Below are positions 54,619-64,000 of a DNA stretch of 64,000 bases, in pieces (position 1 is the first letter of the stretch; each line of letters begins with the position of its first letter). Both the position numbers and the translations under genes were made by a program. The notes beneath the pieces are model-generated. The model had not been told where the DNA came from, searched no databases, and saw only the letters and a program-made list of their open reading frames with translations. The stretch comes from Fimbriimonadales bacterium (lineage in GTDB: Bacteria > Armatimonadota > Fimbriimonadia > Fimbriimonadales > ATM1), in contig JBPCLO010000026.1 in the NCBI GenBank assembly GCA_051003155.1, positions 32,001 to 96,000 of the forward strand, given 5' to 3'.

Positions 54619-56478
54619 ATGGCGTACTTGATTGGCACCGCTGGCCACGTGGACCACGGCAAGACCACACTCATAGCGGCGCTAACGGGAATCGACGCCG
54701 ATCGTCTTCCGGAAGAGAAGGCCCGAGGCATGACCATCGACCTGGGCTTCGCCTACATCGAGTTGCCGGAAATAGGCAAGGTTAGCATCGTCGACGTCCC
54801 AGGACACGAGCGCTTCATCAAGAACATGCTTGCTGGAGCGTCGGGAGTCGACGTCGCCCTGCTCTGCATTGCTGCCGACGAAGGAGTCATGCCCCAGACC
54901 CGCGAACACTTGCAAATACTACAACTTCTTGAAGCACGCAAGGTCGTCGTGGCGCTGACGAAATGCGACTTGGCTGATGAAGACACGCACGCCTTCGCCG
55001 AACTCGACGCTCGCGATTTGCTGGCCGCATCGCCGTATGCGGAGGCGCCAATCCTTCGGGCCTCTGCCCACACCGGCGCGGGGATCGAGAGCATCAAAGT
55101 TGCGCTCGCCGGAGCCCTTGCTTCGCTCGGCCCTCGTGAGCAAACCCAAAGTTGGTTCCTACCCATCGACCGCGTGTTTACGATCGCCGGGCATGGAACG
55201 GTCGTTACCGGTACGCTGGCAGCCGGAACGATTAAGCCCGGTGTCGAAGGAGAACTAATGCCAGGATCGGAGAAAATTCGAATCCGCGGCATCCAAACAC
55301 ACGGACAGTACGCGCAGCACGCCGAGGCAGGCCAACGCACAGCTCTAAACGTTGCCGGCATTAGAAAGGAGGCGCTTCACCGCGGCCAAGCCATCGGCGC
55401 TCCTGGTGCACTGTTCGAAACGACCTGTATCAATGTAAGGCTCGCACCGGTTGTTGAACTCAAGCACGGCCAGCGCGTACGCCTACATATCGGCGCGGGA
55501 GAGTTCATCGGCAAGCTCTTTTTATTCGACGAAGCTCCCGGATTCGGCCAGATTCGCCTGGAAAGCGAAGTGGCCTGCGCGCAAGGCCAGCGCGCGGTTA
55601 TCCGCAAATACTCTCCGCCCACTGTCCTCGCGGGAGCCGAGATCGTGACACCGAACGCACAGACCCGGCGCAAGAACGACAAGCAGATCGCCGGGATCGT
55701 GGGCGGAATCGGTGGATCGCAGGCCGGGCTGCCCGAGCGCATCATGGCCGAGTTGACACGATGGCCAACAGGAACTGAGACGGAGACGATTTGTGAGGCG
55801 ATGGGCCAATCGCCACAGGCGCTCGGCGTGGCGTTTGAATCCCTCAAGCAGGCAGGCAAGGCGTTAGGGTTCGCGGGCCGCTGGCTCGACGCCCGTCAGT
55901 ATAGAGAGTTCGTGGAGCGTATCCGGGCAGCCACAATGACGCTGCACGGCCAGAATCCTCAAGCCGCAGCAGTTTCGAAGAATCGGGTGATGACAGAATC
56001 CGGCATCGATTGGCAGCCGAAGGCGTTCGACCGGCTCACGTCGAAGATGGCCGAGGACGGCCAAATCGAGCTGCATGGTGGCGACCTGAAGCATCCTGAT
56101 TACAAGATATCGTTGAGCGAGAAGCAAGCGGCCCTACTCGATCGGACGCTATCAGCTATGAAGTCACATGGGGCGGTCGCCCCTTCCGTCGAGGACCTTG
56201 CCCTGGAAGTCGGCGCCCCCCCCCAAGCGGTTTCCGAAATGGTCCGCCTCGGTGTAGAAACCAAGCAAATTATCAAGGTCGAAGAAAGTCTGTTCTATCC
56301 AGTCGAAACTCTCGACGAACTAAAAACAAAGCTGCGTTCTTTAGGAAAGGCGTTCACGGTGGCCGAATTTCGAGACGTGACCGGCTCTTCGCGCAAATAT
56401 GCTCTGCCGATATTGCAATATTTCGACGAAAAGAAAATCACGAAGCGAATCGGCGACGAGAGGGTCGTTATCGGCTAG
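54619..56478 (+). CDS. selB: Selenocysteine-specific elongation factor
   Basis: [21 protein letters not shown]-terminal winged helix [13 protein letters not shown]. Confidence 0.97.
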   Translation: MAYLIGTAGHVDHGKTTLIAALTGIDADRLPEEKARGMTIDLGFAYIELPEIGKVSIVDVPGHERFIKNMLAGASGVDVALLCIAADEGVMPQTREHLQILQLLEARKVVVALTKCDLADEDTHAFAELDARDLLAASPYAEAPILRASAHTGAGIESIKVALAGALASLGPREQTQSWFLPIDRVFTIAGHGTVVTGTLAAGTIKPGVEGELMPGSEKIRIRGIQTHGQYAQHAEAGQRTALNVAGIRKEALHRGQAIGAPGALFETTCINVRLAPVVELKHGQRVRLHIGAGEFIGKLFLFDEAPGFGQIRLESEVACAQGQRAVIRKYSPPTVLAGAEIVTPNAQTRRKNDKQIAGIVGGIGGSQAGLPERIMAELTRWPTGTETETICEAMGQSPQALGVAFESLKQAGKALGFAGRWLDARQYREFVERIRAATMTLHGQNPQAAAVSKNRVMTESGIDWQPKAFDRLTSKMAEDGQIELHGGDLKHPDYKISLSEKQAALLDRTLSAMKSHGAVAPSVEDLALEVGAPPQAVSEMVRLGVETKQIIKVEESLFYPVETLDELKTKLRSLGKAFTVAEFRDVTGSSRKYALPILQYFDEKKITKRIGDERVVIG

Positions 56479-57179
56479 AGTCGCGAGAAGCGGTAGCGCG
56501 AGAGCGTCCAAAAGGCCTCCACTCCATCCGTCCACCTTATTTTCTTTCCCGCAGATTTCGATCGCGGTTCGTAGTTGATCGGCAATTCTTTGATGTCGTA
56601 TCCCATGCGCAGGGCCTTCGCAGTAACTTCAGGGCAAAACTCGAAACGATTGCATCGCAGGTTCATTCCGCGCAGAATATCGGTGCGAAGCGCCTTGTAA
56701 CAAGTGGCCTCGTCGGAAATCTTTTTGAAATATAGAATTCGCACAAACCATGCGAGCAGTACATTGACAATCTTATTCGGCAGCGCCATTTTCGGATGCA
56801 TGCCGTGAGTAAACCGCGATCCGTACACAACGTCAGCATTTCCATCTAATATGGGCTGAACCAGGCGCGGAATATCGTCGGGATCGTATTCCATGTCCGC
56901 ATCTTGGATTACCGTAACCTTCCCTCTCGCAACCGCGATTCCCGCCCTGATCGCGGCGCCTTTCCCTTGGTTTCTCGCCTGCGTAATATGGACGATTTCC
57001 CCCTGCCTGCCATGCATGATTTGAGACGACGTGTCCGTCGAGGCGTCGTCTACAACGATGACTTCCTTGTCGAGGGCCAATTTGGAAAGCTTATCGAGAA
57101 CCTGCCCGAGCGTAGCCTCTTCGTTATAAACTGGGAGAATGATCGACACGTCCACTGAGTTCATTGTGGTGGGAGGCAA
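56475..57179 (-). CDS. GT2 glycosyltransferase (DPM synthase-like)
   Basis: PVYNE, VDDASTD, NQGKG, QDADMEY, GSRF. Confidence 0.92.
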   Translation of the reverse strand: MPPTTMNSVDVSIILPVYNEEATLGQVLDKLSKLALDKEVIVVDDASTDTSSQIMHGRQGEIVHITQARNQGKGAAIRAGIAVARGKVTVIQDADMEYDPDDIPRLVQPILDGNADVVYGSRFTHGMHPKMALPNKIVNVLLAWFVRILYFKKISDEATCYKALRTDILRGMNLRCNRFEFCPEVTAKALRMGYDIKELPINYEPRSKSAGKKIRWTDGVEAFWTLSRYRFSRL

Positions 57180-57217
57180 CGCTCTGGGATAATAGATTAC
57201 TCTGTGGCAGGCGATTC

Positions 57218-58881
<1,664 letters not shown>

Positions 58882-58907
58882 CCAACTCTTCACCCCCGGA
58901 GGGTTGA

Positions 58908-59351
58908 ATGGAGTGTAATTCGGCTGCCGTGGCATCGGAGGATAATCGAGAGTTGTCGCTGAAGGGGTTTAATGGGTCGCTTACGCTGCGCAGGACGTGC
59001 GTGGGGGACTCGCTCCCAGACCTGATCGATTTCAAGATCGAGGTTGAGGCTCAGGACTTCCGAGGCAACGCCTATCTGGAAGTTCTGGACACCCAGTTTG
59101 TCGGATTCGCAAGGGAGCTCGAGAAACGGTTCGCACAGCTTCGCGGTTTTGCAATCCTGGAATCGCTGAACGGCAACGAAATACGCATTGACTTCGACAA
59201 GATGGGGCACGTCGAAGTTAGCGGGCGAATTCGAAATGTTGGTGAGGATGCAACCTGCTTGCAGTTCTCCTTTGGAACCGATCAGACCTACATCGGTCCA
59301 TTAATCATCCAACTGCGCGAACTCATTTCGGCAAGCGGCGCACACGGCTAA
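58908..59351 (+). CDS. Hypothetical protein
   Basis: GGAGG SD, 147-aa ORF following ahcY. Confidence 0.65.
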   Translation: MECNSAAVASEDNRELSLKGFNGSLTLRRTCVGDSLPDLIDFKIEVEAQDFRGNAYLEVLDTQFVGFARELEKRFAQLRGFAILESLNGNEIRIDFDKMGHVEVSGRIRNVGEDATCLQFSFGTDQTYIGPLIIQLRELISASGAHG

Positions 59352-59401
59352 CCAAATCGAAATTCGCGATAGGCTCCCCGCCCCTCCGAAGGGTGAGGAG
59401 G

Positions 59402-59503
59402 CTACTTGCGCGAAGTCCGGCGGCGCTCAATCAGTATCGCGTAGCCGCACAGGGCGGACCACACCAGCAGAGGTGGAATCAAAAGAGCTATCTTGAATGA
59501 CAT
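59402..59503 (-). CDS. CcmD-like 33-aa membrane peptide
   Basis: Own translation MSFKIALLIPPLLVWSALCGYAILIERRRTSRK*; GGAG SD; overlaps the ccmC 3' end. Confidence 0.65.
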   Translation of the reverse strand: MSFKIALLIPPLLVWSALCGYAILIERRRTSRK

Positions 59504-60161
59504 CGAATTTCTCCGAGTGGGCGAAAGCTTCGGCCTCTCTAACCCGCAGTTTGTAGCAGTACAGCGCGACGAGGCCAATCACCACGGCGCAGGAGTAGAA
59601 AATCGCCCGGTAGGTCGAGTCCAATCCGCCGCCGGTGACCGCTTGGTTCGCGCCGGCATGCTTCGTGGCGAACTGGGGCAAACGCGGCAATACCCAAATC
59701 AGAAACGGCACGGTAAGGAACGCAAAGATCGAGTACGCCCCCGCGTTCGCGGCCGCCCTTTCTCGACTCGAAAATCCCGCTCGCAGCGCGAAATACGCGG
59801 CGTAGATGAGCAATTGGATGAAGATAGAAACCTGGCGGAAGTCCCAATCCCAGGCCACCCCCCATTGCTCATATGCGAAGACCATGCCGGTCGCGGTGGC
59901 CAGCAGACACAGCAGGGTCCCCATCTCGATCGAGGCCAAACTTCGAATGTCGAAGGCGATATCGCGGGTTCTTAAGTATCTCCCTGCCATGATCGCTCCC
60001 CATAGGAAGAATACCGTACAAAGCATCGCCTCCGGCGCGTGGAAGAACAGAATCTTGGCGCTCTCAGGCTCGGCGAAGTTGCGCGCGGGCGGGGCCGTGG
60101 CGTAAAGGTACGTCACTAAGACCGAGGCGATGATAAGTGCCGTTCGATAAAGAGATTTCAC
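59427..60161 (-). CDS. ccmC: Heme exporter CcmC
   Basis: FFHAP and WGVAWDWDFR (WWD) motif; GTG start overlaps the ccmB stop. Confidence 0.88.
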   Translation of the reverse strand: MKSLYRTALIIASVLVTYLYATAPPARNFAEPESAKILFFHAPEAMLCTVFFLWGAIMAGRYLRTRDIAFDIRSLASIEMGTLLCLLATATGMVFAYEQWGVAWDWDFRQVSIFIQLLIYAAYFALRAGFSSRERAAANAGAYSIFAFLTVPFLIWVLPRLPQFATKHAGANQAVTGGGLDSTYRAIFYSCAVVIGLVALYCYKLRVREAEAFAHSEKFDVIQDSSFDSTSAGVVRPVRLRDTD

Positions 60162-60829
60162 TGGTCCCAAACTGCTACGAATAGATAAGGTCCGAGCGCG
60201 AAGAACGCCGTGGCGATTCCGGCTAGGCCCGCAACGGATATCCAGCCCGATGTTCCAGGGTCGCCAAATGCGATTCGCATCGCGCCGACTCCCAAGAAAA
60301 TGACGGGCAGCAGCACCGGTATCGAGATTACCCCGGCGAGCGCCCCTCGGCTCGACGAACGAGACACAAAAGCGCCGCAAACGCTGATCCCAGCAGCTAG
60401 CGCCGCCGTCCCGGCCAGTACTCCACCTATCGCCAGCGGCCAATTGATGGGGCTAATTCCCACCAACAGAGAGAAAAGAGGCACCACAAGGACAGCGACG
60501 AGGAGCACGAGCACGAAATTGTAGAGCAGCTTGCCCCAAAACACTGGCCCGGGCTTCGCCCAAAGGCGCAGGAGGTCGCCGGTTCCCTGCTCTTCCTCCA
60601 GGATGAAAGTTCGCGCCAGCCCGGTGATTGCGGCAAACAGAAAGGCGATCCAAAGCATCCCTGCCGCTAACGTTGGTGACGGCGACGTTCTGGCGGAGGC
60701 CATGCCGAGCGCTGCAACAGTCATTACCGAGAAAAGCAGCGACGTGAACAGCCCATGCCTACCCCGCAGTTCTCCGAGGACCTCCTTTCGCAGTATTGCG
60801 CCCGTTTCAGCCGCCCAGCCTGAGCTCAA
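60158..60829 (-). CDS. ccmB: Heme exporter CcmB
   Basis: Hydrophobic; EEEQGTGDLL, SIPVLLP; AGGAGG upstream of TTG. Confidence 0.88.
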   Translation of the reverse strand: MSSGWAAETGAILRKEVLGELRGRHGLFTSLLFSVMTVAALGMASARTSPSPTLAAGMLWIAFLFAAITGLARTFILEEEQGTGDLLRLWAKPGPVFWGKLLYNFVLVLLVAVLVVPLFSLLVGISPINWPLAIGGVLAGTAALAAGISVCGAFVSRSSSRGALAGVISIPVLLPVIFLGVGAMRIAFGDPGTSGWISVAGLAGIATAFFALGPYLFVAVWDQ

Positions 60830-61370
60830 GGTCTCCGTACCTCCTTTCCAGAGGGTCGTTCGTCGCAACGATCACCGCGCCGCGACCCTTCTGCGCCTGG
60901 ATTACTCCGTCCAACAGCGACCGGCCGCTTTCGTCGAGGCCGGCCCCCGGCTCATCGAGAATCAACAGATCGGGACTTGCCTGTAGCGCCAGCGCGAGCT
61001 TGAGCCGAGCGCGCATCCCGGTGCTGTAGCTCGAAGTGGGGCCGACCGCGCCGGGAAGCCCGACCTCCTCCAACAAGTCAACCCTTGTGTCCGACCCTCG
61101 TAGCTTTGCCGCCAACTCCATGTGCTCGGCCCCGTTGAGTGACGGATAGAGGCGCAAATCGGGCGCGGTGTAACCGATTCGAAAGCCTGAAGATTCCATC
61201 TGTCCCTCGCTCGGCGTCTCCAGCCCGACGAGGACCCTGAGCAGCGTCGACTTCCCCGAACCGTTTACGCCCGTCACGAGAAGACACTCGCCTTGAGCGA
61301 CGCAAAACTCGAGCCTGCGGAAAACCCAGCGAGCGCCAAAGCGCTTGCCCAGTTCGTGCGCGAACACCAT
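60807..61370 (-). CDS. ccmA: Heme exporter ATPase CcmA
   Basis: GVNGSGKST, YSTGM, LDEP; precedes ccmB. Confidence 0.85.
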   Translation of the reverse strand: MVFAHELGKRFGARWVFRRLEFCVAQGECLLVTGVNGSGKSTLLRVLVGLETPSEGQMESSGFRIGYTAPDLRLYPSLNGAEHMELAAKLRGSDTRVDLLEEVGLPGAVGPTSSYSTGMRARLKLALALQASPDLLILDEPGAGLDESGRSLLDGVIQAQKGRGAVIVATNDPLERRYGDLELRLGG

Positions 61371-61414
61371 TCCATGTAAGTATGAAGCTTCCCAGGAAGT
61401 AAACTTCGGTGCGA

Positions 61415-62347
61415 ATGACTCTCCAGGACCTGATTTTCAAGCTAAACGAATACTGGGCCGCGCAGGGCTGCCTCATCCTCCAGCCATACGACGTCGAGGT
61501 AGGCGCCGGAACGATGCATCCGGCAACGGTTTTCGGTTCCCTCGGCCCGGACCCCTGGAATGTCGCCTATGTCCAGCCGTCCAGAAGGCCCGCGGACGGC
61601 CGCTATTGCCGCAACCCCATGCGGAACCAGCGCTATTATCAGTACCAGGTGATCATGAAGCCTAGCCCCGACGACACCGTGGACCTCTACATGGGTTCGC
61701 TGAACGCGATCGGCTTCGACGTCAAAAAGAACGACGTGCGGCTTGTCGAGGACGACTGGGAGTCGCCGAGCATGGGCGCGAGCGGCGTCGGATGGGAGGT
61801 CTGGTTGAACGGCGCCGAAATCACCCAGTTCACATTCTTCCAGCAGATGGGCGGAATCGAGTTGAATCCCGTTTCTGTCGAAATCACGTACGGGCCAGAG
61901 AGGCTGTGCCTGATGCTGGATGAAGGTGTGTCTTTCTGGGAAGACCTCGAATGGGGCAACGGGGTCTCGTACAAGGAGGTCAACTACGACCTCGAGCTGC
62001 AGCACAACATTTACAACTTCGAGGTCGCGGATGTCGATATGCTCTTCAACCTGTTCAACATGTTCGAAGCAGAAAGCAAGCGCGTGGTCGAAACCGTCGC
62101 GGGATACTCCGAAGACCTAAGCCGCTTCAGCACCTCCGGCGAGAAGGACCCGATTTCGTTGGCCCATCCCGCCTTCGATTTGGCTCTCAAATGCTCGCAT
62201 GTCTTCAACTTGCTCGATGCTCGCGGAGCCCTTTCACCGACCGAGCGGGTCGCCTACATCAATCGCATACGCGCCAGATCGCGTGCTTGCTGCCTGAAGC
62301 ATGTGGAGATGCTCAAGAGCCGAAACCAACCCGTCACCGCGTCATAA
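61415..62347 (+). CDS. glyQ: Glycine-tRNA ligase alpha subunit
   Basis: GAGTMHP, QPSRRP, EITQFTFFQQ, EITYG. Confidence 0.97.
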   Translation: MTLQDLIFKLNEYWAAQGCLILQPYDVEVGAGTMHPATVFGSLGPDPWNVAYVQPSRRPADGRYCRNPMRNQRYYQYQVIMKPSPDDTVDLYMGSLNAIGFDVKKNDVRLVEDDWESPSMGASGVGWEVWLNGAEITQFTFFQQMGGIELNPVSVEITYGPERLCLMLDEGVSFWEDLEWGNGVSYKEVNYDLELQHNIYNFEVADVDMLFNLFNMFEAESKRVVETVAGYSEDLSRFSTSGEKDPISLAHPAFDLALKCSHVFNLLDARGALSPTERVAYINRIRARSRACCLKHVEMLKSRNQPVTAS

Positions 62348-62362
62348 TCTCCTAGTTCAGAC

Positions 62363-63825
62363 ATGAAAGCCCATACATGTCGATCCATAGCAGCCGTTCT
62401 GGTCGCGATTAGCGCGGTCGGCTCCAGCAGCCAGACTCGGTCGCCACAATATCCAGAAGGCGCGGCTATCCCTCGCTCGCTCACGAACTTGGAAAGAGCT
62501 TGGCTAAGCGAAAACCTTTGGTACTTCGGGCAGGCTGACGGGGAAGGACCGCCGCCGACGGGCCCGGTCCGTTGCGCGTCCGAATATGAGCCCATGGACG
62601 GACTGCTCATGGCGTGGGAGGGCAGTGCCTCCTGGAAGAACATTCTCGCCGCCATGGCTCTCGAAGTCACCGGCCCGTTGGGAGGCGCACGGGTCTATAT
62701 GGTCGTGGACGACCAGTCCGAACAAAACTCCTGCAACACAACCTTAACCAACGCGGGTGTGGACGTGTCGAACGTCTTCTATGTAGTTCGGCCGACCGAC
62801 ACAATTTGGATCCGCGACTACGGCCCCAGGTACATCTACCAAGGCGGTTGCCGGGCGATCGTCGACCATATCTACAACCGACCCAGGCCTCTCGACGACG
62901 TCTTCCCCCTCTATTTTTCTTCCCTCAAGGCCCACCCTGTGTACGAAATTGGGCTTGTCCACGGGGGCGGCAATTACCACCTCGATTCCGTATACCGAAG
63001 TTACGCTACGCGACTGATCAACAACGAGAACCCAGGCCTCACCGAGGCTCAAATCATCGCTAAATGGTTCGCGTTCCAGAACGTGAATACGACGCTCTTC
63101 AATCCCTTCCCGCAGGGCGTTGACTCTACCCAGCACCTCGACATGTGGATGCAAGTCATCGCCGACGATAGGGTCGTCGTCAGCGACTGGCCTACGGCTC
63201 CCGGCTCGACTCAGGACCAGATTTGCGATGAGCTGCGTCTTTGATGGCGCAACGAGGCTACACGGTTTACCGAACGCCGGCTCTGGCGACAAGCAGCCAT
63301 TTCACGTATACCAACGCGGTGATGTGTAACGATCTAGTGATGATCCCGAAGTATTTGCAGCAGGGTATGAGCGCCTACAACACCCAGGCTCTCGCGACGT
63401 GGGAGGCTGCTGTCCCGGAAAAGACAATCGTCCAGATCGACGCCACGAAAATAGTCTCTGCCGCCGGAGTACTGCATTGCGTCGTCATGCACGTGCCGAA
63501 AAACTTGAACGGTGCGCTGCCCGGCGCGTATCTTATCGGTCCGCAGGGCGGCTCGCCCCAGGTTCTCACACCCGGAGAGCAAATCGAGATCGAGTGGCTC
63601 GCCGACGACGACAACGCCGTGACGGGCATCGATTTGTTGATGGACGCCCCGTTCGGTTCGACGCGGCCCGTCCCGATCATCCGTAATACGTCGAACGACG
63701 GGACCCATATTTGGACGGTACCTTCTACGTCAACGCTAAGGCGTTTCAAGCTAAGAGTCGACGCCAAAGATGCTCAAGGAAATACCGCCGCTTCATACAG
63801 CAGCGGCACGTTTACAATTCAATAA
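62363..63825 (+). CDS. Secreted agmatine/peptidylarginine deiminase-family protein, split by a 1-bp frameshift near 63233
   Basis: WIRDYGP, GGGN, HLD in the first frame; GVLHC and an Ig-like tail in the second; one added base gives QICD-x-AASLMAQRG. Confidence 0.8.
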
Positions 63826-63860
63826 TCTGGAGGTCCGAGCTTCCTCGCGAAAACCCGGAG

Positions 63861-64000
63861 CTACTTACCAGCAGCCTTGCTGGCAGCCTTCATGACTCGC
63901 GACTTGCGGCGGGCGGCCTGGTTCTTGTGAATAACGCCGCGCTGGGCGGCCTTGTCGAGCTGCTTGCAGGCGGTTGCGAGCGCAGAAGCGACGTCCTCAC
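63861..64000 (-). CDS. rpsT: 30S ribosomal protein S20, 3' part (partial)
   Basis: Own translation LDKAAQRGVIHKNQAARRKSR. Confidence 0.95.
   Translation of the reverse strand, partial: EDVASALATACKQLDKAAQRGVIHKNQAARRKSRVMKAASKAAGK

Noticed and set aside
63242..63244. TGA in the deiminase gene as a selenocysteine codon, given selB in the window
   Set aside because: Homology continues in a different frame, so this is a frameshift rather than read-through

Overview
GC-rich bacterial chromosomal segment, mostly housekeeping genes. Three PEP-CTERM proteins, the RpoC architecture and the gene content suggest Armatimonadota (Fimbriimonadia-like); this is inference. Recognisable genes: end of rpoB, rpoC, an 8-oxoG glycosylase, ligA, pepP, topA, PIN/TRAM-ispDF-hpf, moeA, oligoendopeptidase F, cysS, an acyl-CoA ligase, a HerA-like ATPase, hom, accB, tRNA-Arg(UCG), selB, glnB, ahcY, ccmABC plus a hidden ccmD-like ORF, glyQ and the end of rpsT. 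Secreted hypothetical proteins and small pseudogene remnants lie between them. Most notable: (1) two tandem paralogous candidate small RNAs between tRNA-Arg and selB, sharing a promoter-like motif, a covarying terminator stem and CU-rich anti-SD-like loops; (2) a multi-AT-hook protein gene inside the rpoB-rpoC operon; (3) a ~100-aa non-SI3-like insertion in the RpoC trigger loop; (4) a seamless tandem pair of secreted-protein cassettes with conserved ends and variable middles, flanked by direct copies of a small ORF; (5) a Ser/Thr kinase with repeated CxxC modules; (6) widespread leaderless-type TANNNT-N6/7-start architecture. No CRISPR, rRNA, integrase or intact mobile element was seen. Several 1-bp deletions may be assembly errors.
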